DNA of 53,939 nucleotides from a virus (Duplodnaviria; Caudoviricetes): IMG/VR virus record IMGVR_UViG_3300037311_000136, positions 1 to 53,939 of that record; one strand, 5' to 3'. Shown piece by piece: positions 1 to 8,273 of this stretch (position 1 is its first letter; each line of letters starts with the position of its first letter). The notes under the pieces were generated by a model. It saw only the letters and a program-made list of their open reading frames with translations, ran no database searches and was not told where the DNA came from. The position numbers and the translations under genes were made by a program.

Positions 1-127
1 CCTCGTCATTGCGTTCGTGTTCAGCTTCGCTGCCCCCTCAGCAATTCCTCATACGGAATAGCATATTTTTTACGGCTTGTCAAACTTTTAAAAATATATT
101 TTATTTTCCAAAGATATTGCCGACTTG
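1..127. repeat. Terminal direct repeat, identical to 53813-53939 (circular-assembly overlap)
   Basis: Exact 127-nt identity at both ends; 127 is a common maximum assembler k-mer. Confidence 0.95.
55..83 (-). promoter_or_regulatory. sigma70-like promoter firing leftward into the non-coding region
   Basis: Minus strand TTGACA-17 nt-TATTCC with TG extended -10; same architecture as 39035-39063. Confidence 0.5.
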
Positions 128-149
128 CCCCCCGAACCCAGCCCCCGAC

Positions 150-177
150 TCAAGCTTTTTGGAGCAAATGCCGAAAA
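150..177 (+). promoter_or_regulatory. sigma28 (FliA)-like promoter
   Basis: TCAA-N16-GCCGAAAA, about 47 nt upstream of ATG 224. Confidence 0.6.
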
Positions 178-223
178 GAATTTTGTCCCGACTGTTCATC
201 CACCCCCGAAAGGAGTTCGTCCC

Positions 224-532
224 ATGCCCAAGACGCCCATACCCATTCGCCGCATCAACGTAATTAAAGGCGGCCGGATAGTCCGCGTACCCGTTAACTC
301 GGGGCGACTCGGCGCGCCCATACTGCCCAATATCCAGGACGCCTATATTGGCCGAGCCCCGGACACCGTGCCAAGCGAGCGCAAACTGTCCAATGAAATG
401 TTTCTTACACTTGAACGCGAGGCCGCGCTGAAGTCGGAACTTCGGCTTGCCCGCATGGAGGGATATACAATGCGTTTTTTCTATTTTACTGTGGGGTTCT
501 TGCTTGCCGTCCTTTTCGCAAGCTTCTTGTAA
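224..532 (+). CDS. Hypothetical protein with C-terminal transmembrane helix
   Basis: AAGGAG RBS before ATG 224; hydrophobic C-terminus FFYFTVGFLLAVLFASFL. Confidence 0.7.
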   Translation: MPKTPIPIRRINVIKGGRIVRVPVNSGRLGAPILPNIQDAYIGRAPDTVPSERKLSNEMFLTLEREAALKSELRLARMEGYTMRFFYFTVGFLLAVLFASFL

Positions 533-573
533 GCGGGGTAACTGGCTATGCCGGCTCGGTTAATTGGGGACGC

Positions 574-600
574 TCAAGTTACTTCCTCGGTGGACGAAGA
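574..600 (+). promoter_or_regulatory. sigma28 (FliA)-like promoter
   Basis: TCAA-N15-GACGAAGA upstream of ATG 638. Confidence 0.45.
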
Positions 601-637
601 GTTCTATAGGCCCAAACAACTCAAAGGAGATACGACA

Positions 638-904
638 ATGGCAATCAATTCATACGACTCTGTGTACCGCGTAATACTTAAAACCCTTGCAGTTACCCAC
701 GCCTACCCATTTAGTTTAACTGATGCGCTTGGGCGCAAATGGCAGGCACAGCTTGACGCCGACGGACTGCCAACACTTGTGGGCGTGTCTGCTGGAGCGC
801 CGACACTTCGCGGAACGGAGTTAATTGGGTTGCATATCCAGGGGCTTAAGCACTTGCCTGTGGACGCGGCCCCACCCAAGGTTGACAGGGGCGAGGGTAA
901 CTGA
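638..904 (+). CDS. Hypothetical protein
   Basis: AAGGAG RBS before ATG 638 (MAINSYD...). Confidence 0.7.
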   Translation: MAINSYDSVYRVILKTLAVTHAYPFSLTDALGRKWQAQLDADGLPTLVGVSAGAPTLRGTELIGLHIQGLKHLPVDAAPPKVDRGEGN

Positions 905-910
905 TATAGT
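882..910 (+). promoter_or_regulatory. sigma70-like promoter of the DNA-metabolism operon
   Basis: TTGACA-17 nt-TATAGT followed by GGAGGAG RBS and ATG 937. Confidence 0.75.
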
Positions 911-936
911 TACTCCCATACGGAGGAGCCTAAGCA

Positions 937-2016
937 ATGAAACATATTGACGTGCAGGCGCTTGTTGTGCAAGGCATAAGTATGCTGCAAAATAAACAAG
1001 CGGAAGAAGAAAAGAAAAAGATTGGAGTACTTCGCGGCGGCTCGTCTGGAATTGCTACAGTGGATAGCAAAGGACTAATTGTTGGCGGCGTGTGTCCAAG
1101 GCGCGCGCACCTTAGATTTCTTGGCGTTGACACCTCCGTATTTGAAGAGGACGATGGACAAGAGGGCAGCAAGGAACACATGTTTGCCTCGGGCCGGGCC
1201 AACGAGGATATCTGGGCCGAGCACCTGAGCGCCGCGTGGCCGCACGGGATTCTGCGCGAAGAAGAAGTGCCCGTTCAGTGGGAAGTAATTTCGGACGCGG
1301 GGACGAAGGTTAAGATTACCGGACGGCCCGACTTAGTCCTTAAAGGCGCCAATGGCAAACTTGCGCAGGGCCTTGAACTTAAACTTGCCTCGTCGTTCTG
1401 GACGGTGCGTGATTTAATTACCAAAAGACAGCCGAAACTTGAGCACGTTATTCAAGCATCTATTTATATGCATCTTTTGTCTGAGCAGGAAGGACAGGTT
1501 GTCCCATTCACAATCTGCTATGCGTCCCGTGTTAACTTCTGGGTGCCAGACTCAGTGCCTTGGCTAAAGTTCCCAGCACCCGGCGAGCTAGGTAGCGAGC
1601 TCATACAGTACAAGCCCAAGAAAGAACGCGACGGTACTGTAGTTGAAAAGCCTTTTGTAATTAAACCTTTTGTCATGACTTTTGATATTCGTTTCGCAGG
1701 CAAAAGCGAAGACGCGCCCGTGCAGTACCGAGTTAACGCGGACCACGCGGGCAAGTGGATTGATACCCCAGTGTCCCGGAAACGTCTTCAGGAATACTAC
1801 CGTATTGTCGCAAGTATGGGCGAGGGCGACGGAACTCAAGAACTCCCGCCGCCGCCCATGAACTTGACGGTAGGTGGCGAGCCGCAAAAAGATTGGACAG
1901 TATGTGACTACTGCCCGCTAAAGTTTCACTGCCGAACTACCGAAACGAAAGGGTACAAGCAATGGCTTGACCCGATTGCCGACGGGACACTTCAGCTCGG
2001 CGCCCACAAAGATTAG
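937..2016 (+). CDS. Cas4-like PD-(D/E)XK exonuclease (Fe-S type)
   Basis: N-terminal CPR, GRPD...ELK core, QxxxY motif, C-terminal CDYCPLKFHC (four-Cys arrangement of Cas4/AddB-like nucleases). Confidence 0.75.
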   Translation: MKHIDVQALVVQGISMLQNKQAEEEKKKIGVLRGGSSGIATVDSKGLIVGGVCPRRAHLRFLGVDTSVFEEDDGQEGSKEHMFASGRANEDIWAEHLSAAWPHGILREEEVPVQWEVISDAGTKVKITGRPDLVLKGANGKLAQGLELKLASSFWTVRDLITKRQPKLEHVIQASIYMHLLSEQEGQVVPFTICYASRVNFWVPDSVPWLKFPAPGELGSELIQYKPKKERDGTVVEKPFVIKPFVMTFDIRFAGKSEDAPVQYRVNADHAGKWIDTPVSRKRLQEYYRIVASMGEGDGTQELPPPPMNLTVGGEPQKDWTVCDYCPLKFHCRTTETKGYKQWLDPIADGTLQLGAHKD

Positions 2017-2077
2017 CTACAAACTTTCGCATAGTGCGGAAGATAATAGCAAGGACTCTCATTAGGAGATTGTTTCT

Positions 2078-2554
2078 ATGCAACCACAGTTCTCGCTTAA
2101 GTTGAAAGATGCAGATGGTAATTTGGTTAACTTGTCCGGTATTTTTGAAGGCACAACGAAAACCGGCCTGCGTCGGTTGTCGGGTTTTGATAAGCGCGCT
2201 AACATCGGCTACTCGCTGTTGCCGCAAACGAAGCGTGACACTAACGAAGACACGGGCAACTTGACACTGTCAATCAAAGAAGGCGTTGACGGCCCATATA
2301 GCAAGCTTTGTGTAATGGAAAAGCGCTCGTCAAAAGATGGCAACATCTTCTATGCAGGCAAGTCCTCGGACGGCCAAGAGTACCTGTTATTTACAGCCAA
2401 GCCTCGTGACAACGGCGCCGTCAAGCAGCAGCCCCGCAGCGTAGCGCCTACTCGCCAGCAGTCAATGCCTATGCCTCCGCGCCAGGCGCCTAACGCTCGC
2501 CCGCAGGCAGCTCCACAAGTCAAGCGCAGTTTTACTCCGCCGACCGGGAAGTAA
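2078..2554 (+). CDS. Putative ssDNA-binding protein (DUF736-like tandem beta motif with P/Q-rich tail)
   Basis: Two similar motifs (GIFEGTTKTGLRRLSG and VMEKRSSKDGNIFYAG); lies between exonuclease and polymerase. Confidence 0.4.
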   Translation: MQPQFSLKLKDADGNLVNLSGIFEGTTKTGLRRLSGFDKRANIGYSLLPQTKRDTNEDTGNLTLSIKEGVDGPYSKLCVMEKRSSKDGNIFYAGKSSDGQEYLLFTAKPRDNGAVKQQPRSVAPTRQQSMPMPPRQAPNARPQAAPQVKRSFTPPTGK

Positions 2555-2709
2555 CCCACACTCCCGAGCGTCCGGCTAGAATTTCGCAACCGGCTCCACG
2601 CGGCGGTTACTTCATGCGTCGCGCGGAGGAGGCGCGCCTTGTGGGCAGTGCTCGTAACGTACATCGTTCGTTGTTTCGCAATTGATGCGCAGTTGAGCCG
2701 GAGGATGCA

Positions 2710-5091
2710 GTGACTATACTTGTACCGGAACCGCCGCACGAGGAAGCCGACGACACGGTACTGGTCACATCCGTCATAGACAACCAGCGCGTCCTGCTCA
2801 AGCCAGTCCCCACTCCCATGCCCACCAGTGAAAGCATTATATTATTACCGCTTGATGATATGCCGGATAACGCGGATGCTTTTGAAACCAAGTATGGTTA
2901 TATTTGGGAAGACTTTGCAGCTGGCGATATTATGGCGCTCGACTTTGAAACTACTGGCGTTGAACCTGAGGCAGGAGATATTGTAACTGTTGTAGGCCTC
3001 TCCGATTCCCGTGGCGCAATTTCAATTAACGTGCGTGACAAGCCCGGTATTCTCTTGCGTTTACTGCAGCGGCTTGCGGAACACAACATTCCCATGGTAG
3101 CCCACAACTTTACATTTGATGCGGCGTTTGCAGCAAAAAGTCTTAACGCCGAACTAATTGCGCAGGCGGGCGAGAACGGCCCAGCGTTCCATGAGTGGAC
3201 GCACTTGCGATGGGAAGCCTGTACCATGTTGCTTTCTAGAATGCTGAGCAGCGAAGGCCCGCACCAGCTAAAGTATGGCCTTAAGGATTTGCAAATAGAA
3301 CTCTTGGGCTGGTCTGTACGCGGCGATGTAGAGCTGAGCGAATGGCTTATACAAAATGGATATACCAAACGCGGCGGCGGAGCCGACAAGTCTCAGATGT
3401 CTAAGGCACCATTTGATATTTTGGGGTACTACTGCGCGCTTGACGCGGCGTCAACCTATTTACTTTACACTCGAGTCATGCGGCCGGTGCTTAACAAGTT
3501 TGTTGGCGCGGATATGCAAATCCCCTACTGGATGCTTCATGGGCTCCACTGCGTTGTTATGCAACTTAACGGCGTACGAATTGACAGGCCCAAGCTTGAG
3601 TTTATTAATACCCATTATGCCAGACTTGCGGCGCAACACTTAAATGAATTTGTTACCCAGCCGGTTATCGCGGAAGCTATTGCAGTTTTTAATGCACGCA
3701 AGATTGCGGAGATTGAAAACGCGGAGCCCTCGCGAAAGTTTAAGAAAGCTTTGCCACTTGCTGCAGAACCGCCTAAGTTTCTTAAAGCACTTAAGAAAGG
3801 CGAGATGCAGGTATCTCCGCGCTGGCTAGCCTGGAAACAAAAAGAAAGCGAAATACTTCAGGCTGTTCCGGAATACTCGGCACACTGGATTAGTTGGGCG
3901 GAAAGACTAGCGGAAGCAAAAGCAACGCAACATTTTAGTGTCACGTCTTCCCTGCACATGCGCTGGCTTGCTTACGATTATCTGCAGCTGCCAATTAAAC
4001 TTACTACTGAGTCGGGCCAGCCCTCCGTTGACGCAGACGCGCTTGGGCAAATGGGGCCATTGTTTAGACCGCTACTTGCCTGGGCAGAGTACAACAAACT
4101 GGTTACTACCTACACGTCTTCGCTTCTTAGTAAGCTTACTCCTGCAGACAGACTTCACCCCCGGCTTAAGTTTCCCGGAACAAACACAGGGCGGCTTTCT
4201 GGTGCAGGCGGGATAAACGCCCAAAATCAAAGTAAAGATATTGGATACTTAGATACATGGGCAGCCAACAAAGGTATGTCAATAATTATTAGTGATTTCG
4301 CGGCATTAGAACCTGTAGTCTTAGCAGAGATAAGTAGGGATAAAAACTTGCTTAAGTTGTACGGGCCGAAAGCACTGCCTCACGATGTGTATTTATTCTT
4401 TGGGTGCTTTACTCCTATGTATAAAGATAGGCTGGCGGCCGAAGGATACACGCCCGATTTTGTAACAAAAGAAATTGTATCTGCATGCAAGAAGAAATTT
4501 AAGCAAGAAAGACAGGTACTTAAATTATGTGTTCTCTCCCTGCAGTACGGAGCGGGGTGGCGAAAAATACAAGCATCTCTTCGCCTGTCTGGGACACACC
4601 TATCGGATGACGAAGTTATTACGCTCGTGAACGCATACAAAGAAATGTTTTCTGAACGGTATGCGTATGAGCGTCAACTGCAAACTCAGCTATTTAATAA
4701 CGATAGGTGGATATTAAACGCAACTGGACGCCCCGTGTGTATTGCTGCGGATTGGGAAAAGGACTGTATTTCTAGGTGCCTTGCAGAAGGAACCTTGGTT
4801 GTTACGGATAAGGGACTACTGCCCATTGAGCAGGTAACTAAAGAGCATTTGTTATGGGATGGCATTGAGTGGGTATCACACGAGGGACTAGTAGATAATG
4901 GGCGTCGGGACACTATTGAGCTGGCAGGAGTAAAGTTGACACCAGACCACCTAGTACATACAGTACTGGGATGGAAACTGGCGCAGGAGGTTTGTAATGA
5001 GCAGGCGTGTCTCAGCAATGTCGGGACTGCAACTTGGGCACAAGTTTGGAGACTATTCGTTAGCCTCTTTAGTTCCAGAAAAACGTGGTAA
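2710..5091 (+). CDS. polA: DNA polymerase family A, N-terminal part, fused to split-intein N-half
   Basis: Exo I LDFETTG, Exo II HNFTFD, Exo III YCALDA, TGRLS, motif A SDFAALE, motif B KLCVLSLQYG; then intein start CLAEGTLV. Confidence 0.92.
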   Translation: MTILVPEPPHEEADDTVLVTSVIDNQRVLLKPVPTPMPTSESIILLPLDDMPDNADAFETKYGYIWEDFAAGDIMALDFETTGVEPEAGDIVTVVGLSDSRGAISINVRDKPGILLRLLQRLAEHNIPMVAHNFTFDAAFAAKSLNAELIAQAGENGPAFHEWTHLRWEACTMLLSRMLSSEGPHQLKYGLKDLQIELLGWSVRGDVELSEWLIQNGYTKRGGGADKSQMSKAPFDILGYYCALDAASTYLLYTRVMRPVLNKFVGADMQIPYWMLHGLHCVVMQLNGVRIDRPKLEFINTHYARLAAQHLNEFVTQPVIAEAIAVFNARKIAEIENAEPSRKFKKALPLAAEPPKFLKALKKGEMQVSPRWLAWKQKESEILQAVPEYSAHWISWAERLAEAKATQHFSVTSSLHMRWLAYDYLQLPIKLTTESGQPSVDADALGQMGPLFRPLLAWAEYNKLVTTYTSSLLSKLTPADRLHPRLKFPGTNTGRLSGAGGINAQNQSKDIGYLDTWAANKGMSIIISDFAALEPVVLAEISRDKNLLKLYGPKALPHDVYLFFGCFTPMYKDRLAAEGYTPDFVTKEIVSACKKKFKQERQVLKLCVLSLQYGAGWRKIQASLRLSGTHLSDDEVITLVNAYKEMFSERYAYERQLQTQLFNNDRWILNATGRPVCIAADWEKDCISRCLAEGTLVVTDKGLLPIEQVTKEHLLWDGIEWVSHEGLVDNGRRDTIELAGVKLTPDHLVHTVLGWKLAQEVCNEQACLSNVGTATWAQVWRLFVSLFSSRKTW
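4777..5088 (+). mobile_element. Split intein N-fragment (about 104 aa including a tail that overlaps the HNH)
   Basis: Block A CLAEGTLVVTDKG, block B LTPDH (TxxH); frame closes at TAA 5089-5091. Confidence 0.88.
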
Positions 5092-5623
5092 ACTATTATA
5101 CGTATTAGTAACGTGTGCGCACGAAACAAAGTACGTGCTTTTAGACAATCTTAAAAGAGGCGCGCAGCTAGGTTGCCTTCGCTGCTATGAGGAACGCAAT
5201 AGTATTTTTAAAACAAAATCTACGGAAGACGCATTGCTTTACAAAAGACTACACTCAATAAAAAGCAGAGTTGCTGTGAGTCCTGGTATTCCACTGAGAA
5301 TCCGTAAAGTGTATGGAGACCGAGGAATTGGGCTGCACAAAGAGTGGGAAACTAATCCCCAAAAATTCATAGACTATGTTAAGGCTTTACCTAACTATAA
5401 TATTAACTTAACTATTGACAGAATAGATAACAGCAAGGGATATGGGCCAGGAAACATTCGGTGGGCAACTATTAAACAACAGTCGGAAAACCGGAAAACC
5501 ACTCTTTGGTTTACCTATAAAGGCCAGCCGATAAATCTAGCTGATGCGATTAAGAAGTTGCCTAAACTAGGCCGAGATAAAGCAACGTCGCTTCTTAAAC
5601 AAGGAAAACAGTTGACGAGTTAG
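4997..5623 (+). CDS. Free-standing HNH homing endonuclease between the intein halves (probably extends to 5829 by frameshift)
   Basis: YGDRGI, LTIDRIDNSKGYGPGNIRWAT...QSEN HNH motif; N-terminal Cys residues; AT-richer than flanks. Confidence 0.88.
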   Translation: MSRRVSAMSGLQLGHKFGDYSLASLVPEKRGKLLYVLVTCAHETKYVLLDNLKRGAQLGCLRCYEERNSIFKTKSTEDALLYKRLHSIKSRVAVSPGIPLRIRKVYGDRGIGLHKEWETNPQKFIDYVKALPNYNINLTIDRIDNSKGYGPGNIRWATIKQQSENRKTTLWFTYKGQPINLADAIKKLPKLGRDKATSLLKQGKQLTS

Positions 5624-5689
5624 AAAAGTTAACGGATGCGGAAATAAAAAAGCTAAGACGAACCCGCGCAATTAAAGTGGAGTGGCAAA

Positions 5690-5893
5690 ATGAAACAATG
5701 GATTTTAACTTTTTTGTTAAAAACTTTACCAACTATTCTTTGGTACAAGCTGCTAAGCTACGCCGGAAGGGCGTCAGCCTTGAACGGCTTGCCCAAAGAA
5801 AAAAGCCCCCGCGTTTACGACTTAGTTAATGCAGGGCCTAGGCACAGATTTGCGGTAGTAGGCACTACGGGGCAGGCCTTTTTAGCACACAAC
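5690..5893 (+). mobile_element. Split intein C-fragment (68 aa)
   Basis: Ends His-Asn at 5888-5893, followed by Cys codon 5894-5896. Confidence 0.88.
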
Positions 5894-6232
5894 TGTGTCC
5901 AGTCAGGCGGGCATGACCTGCTTGTGATTTCTACGCAAGTTGTATCTGAGTTGCTGACAGAGGCGGGCATACCATACTGGCCGCACGTCTGGGATATGCA
6001 CGATGCGCTGATGTTTATGGTACGGGACGAGGACGTGCCGCGTGCACTTGAGTTGCTTCGTGCGCCATTCCACGATAGGTTCTATCGGATTATAAATCCG
6101 GATGGCCAAAGCCTGTGTCTTCCAAAGTGGGAGCCGGCCGCTGTCAAGACCTGGGCCGAAGACAAAGAAGAAGAACCCGGAAGTGTACAGGCGTTTCGGG
6201 ACTTGTACTTACGAAAAACGAGGAAGGCATGA
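5690..6232 (+). CDS. polA: Split-intein C-half fused to C-terminal part of DNA polymerase A
   Basis: GGAG RBS; block F VYDL...HRF; block G LAHN followed by C+1; then CVQSGGHD and motif C WDMHDALMF. Confidence 0.9.
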   Translation: MKQWILTFLLKTLPTILWYKLLSYAGRASALNGLPKEKSPRVYDLVNAGPRHRFAVVGTTGQAFLAHNCVQSGGHDLLVISTQVVSELLTEAGIPYWPHVWDMHDALMFMVRDEDVPRALELLRAPFHDRFYRIINPDGQSLCLPKWEPAAVKTWAEDKEEEPGSVQAFRDLYLRKTRKA

Positions 6233-6591
6233 CTACCATTCGCTTTAGTTTGCAGCCGGTATTAGACGGACGTATCCGCAACAGCAGACTTGCTGACGTG
6301 TGTCAACACATGCTTAAACTTGCGGAAGGATTACGCTACGTCGAGCTATTTGCGGATGATACCTGCGGTATTCGGTTCGCAGGTAAGTACTCCGTCATTA
6401 CCTGGGTTCCCAGAAGCACGGCGGACTTTACTGCGTTTAATAAGCTGCGCGAATACCTGGAGCAGGGCCCAGAAGCGGCCAACACTAACGTACCCGTAGC
6501 TTTTTTGGAGGATGTAGAAGATGACGAAATCTTTGAACAAAAGCGAAGAACCAAAAAGAAGCCACCAGACTCCGGGAAAATTGCGCACTGA
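6229..6591 (+). CDS. Hypothetical protein
   Basis: ATGA overlap with the polA stop; AGGAAGG upstream. Confidence 0.65.
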   Translation: MTTIRFSLQPVLDGRIRNSRLADVCQHMLKLAEGLRYVELFADDTCGIRFAGKYSVITWVPRSTADFTAFNKLREYLEQGPEAANTNVPVAFLEDVEDDEIFEQKRRTKKKPPDSGKIAH

Positions 6592-6769
6592 TTTAACTAC
6601 GCGTTTCTACCTTGCGCAGTTGTCCGAGCTGTATACAATGCAGCGCCATGCGCGGGCGACACCCACACTAACCAAAGAACTGCCTTATATTGAAAGACGT
6701 ATTGAGGCGGTGAAAGAAACACTACAACATCTCTCGAAGCCCGGGACAGTGAGAAATGGAAAAAAGTAA
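6521..6769 (+). CDS. Hypothetical protein
   Basis: GGAGG upstream; fills the operon gap. Confidence 0.5.
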   Translation: MTKSLNKSEEPKRSHQTPGKLRTDLTTRFYLAQLSELYTMQRHARATPTLTKELPYIERRIEAVKETLQHLSKPGTVRNGKK

Positions 6770-7370
6770 ACGCCGCAAGCAAACTAAGCACTCGAATACC
6801 CGCGATGTTTTACTTGCCGCGGCAAGCGCGTACAGGCAGTTACTTGAAACTGGGCGCGTGGTCTGTATTGACCCGTCCTCGGGCTCGCAGTCTTCGCAGC
6901 CGGGGTTTGCTTTATTTGCCGCGGGAATACTTCAGGCCTCGGGAACACTAAAGGTTACTCCGGACTATGCGCCGAGCCGTAGATACCGGCAGCTTCTTGC
7001 CGGAGTTGTAGAGCTGCGTGACAAGTTCCAGCCGGACGTTCTTATCATAGAAAAGCTGCCGCTGTTTATGGGCTCGGGTGGACGAATGTTTAATCAGCAA
7101 GGAGTTGTAAACCTGCACCGAAGTGTTGGCGTCATTATGGCGGGCATGGACTGCGAACGTGTTCTAGAAGTTTCCCCGGCAACTTGGCATACTTACCTAC
7201 GCAATCTTGGAAAAGAGGCACTCTACCGGAAGACAGATTCTAATGACGCTATAGTACTTGGCTTGACAGTATTTGCAAAGCTGGGTATTACAGTCAAGGA
7301 GGTTGCGGGACTATATAAAACCCCGGCCGAAACAGTAACTGCACCATTTAGAAGAGGAGTAAAGAAATGA
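6756..7370 (+). CDS. RuvC-like Holliday junction resolvase
   Basis: CIDPSS...GFA, LIIEK and DSNDAIVLG acidic RNase H-fold motifs. Confidence 0.8.
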   Translation: MEKSKRRKQTKHSNTRDVLLAAASAYRQLLETGRVVCIDPSSGSQSSQPGFALFAAGILQASGTLKVTPDYAPSRRYRQLLAGVVELRDKFQPDVLIIEKLPLFMGSGGRMFNQQGVVNLHRSVGVIMAGMDCERVLEVSPATWHTYLRNLGKEALYRKTDSNDAIVLGLTVFAKLGITVKEVAGLYKTPAETVTAPFRRGVKK

Positions 7371-7609
7371 AAAGCGTCAAGTTATCGGTACTTAATAATG
7401 GGTTTGTAGTAGAGGCGGGCGACGGCTCTTGGCACCACGCCGATATTAACTCCGCTATCAATGTTGTACTTAAAGAACTGGGTTTTACTGTCCCCGAAGT
7501 AGTGTTGTGTGGTAAGGCGGAAGTACAAAAACTTGCCGACAAGGTGGCGGCGTGCGAGGCCAAAGAATGTCAGCCAGTACCCGCTACGGAAGTGCCGGCT
7601 GCCGAGTAA
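7367..7609 (+). CDS. Hypothetical protein
   Basis: AGGAG RBS, ATGA overlap. Confidence 0.65.
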   Translation: MKSVKLSVLNNGFVVEAGDGSWHHADINSAINVVLKELGFTVPEVVLCGKAEVQKLADKVAACEAKECQPVPATEVPAAE

Positions 7610-7632
7610 GTTAAGTATCTAGGAGCGTTGTC

Positions 7633-8205
7633 ATGTGGTTTCAGTTTTTTGTGGAGTCGCTTAGGCAAGGCTGCATTTTTACGTGCACGATATTTGGTTC
7701 TATTATTGGCCACATCGGCGAACCCTCTATTCAAGACTTTATTCGGGTAGACGAGGCCACCTTGTACACTCGCGAGTTTTACGCCGAGTGCGCCGAGCGT
7801 AAAATTGACCGCTGTCTTCTTGGCAACAATTACTACCGCGGGTTTATCTTTACAAGCGGCGTACAAGAGGAAGCAATTGCAGTTTGCCGGTACTTCAGGA
7901 TGGGACTGGCAGACACGATTAAGCCCCTTACTGTCGTGGCATTTGTCCGCGCCGAGTGGGATATGCTTGCGCCAATTCAGCGTAAAGCACTCGTGTTCCA
8001 CGAGCTGGGGCATTGTATCTTGAACCTAGCCCACACTCCCGATAGCACGCCGCAGCTGCGGGAGCAGTACCGCGGCCACATAATGAACTCGCATATGGCG
8101 TCGGTGCGGGAGCTTATGAACTGGAATTACAGGGTAAATGAGCTATTCGCCTACAAAGTTCGCTGGCTTAATTTCCTAGAGGAAGACTACCTGCAGAATA
8201 AGTGA
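7633..8205 (+). CDS. Putative zinc metallopeptidase (metzincin-like)
   Basis: HELGHCILNLAH with downstream Met-turn-like HIMN; hydrophobic N-terminus. Confidence 0.7.
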   Translation: MWFQFFVESLRQGCIFTCTIFGSIIGHIGEPSIQDFIRVDEATLYTREFYAECAERKIDRCLLGNNYYRGFIFTSGVQEEAIAVCRYFRMGLADTIKPLTVVAFVRAEWDMLAPIQRKALVFHELGHCILNLAHTPDSTPQLREQYRGHIMNSHMASVRELMNWNYRVNELFAYKVRWLNFLEEDYLQNK

Positions 8206-8206
8206 C

Positions 8207-8234
8207 TCAAGATTTTTCTTCCGCGTGCCGATAC
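8207..8234 (+). promoter_or_regulatory. sigma28 (FliA)-like promoter
   Basis: TCAA-N16-GCCGATAC in a short intergenic gap. Confidence 0.6.
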
Positions 8235-8273
8235 GAATAGAGCATCCAAACCTACATGCGGAGGAATGCTACT

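Noticed and set aside
1-127. Biological terminal repeat
   Set aside because: Length equals a standard assembler k-mer; it shows circularity, not the physical ends
2016-2045. Sixth sigma28-like promoter upstream of the SSB-like gene
   Set aside because: Both boxes deviate (no TAAAG/TCAAG; GCGGAAGA), too weak to call
5089-5690. Stop-codon reassignment or readthrough making a contiguous intein
   Set aside because: The halves are in different frames, the HNH frame has TAG then TAA, and other genes end normally at TAG, TGA and TAA
4997-5690. Group I intron interrupting polA
   Set aside because: The interval is almost entirely coding, with no room for or sign of a group I core; the C-half has its own RBS and ATG
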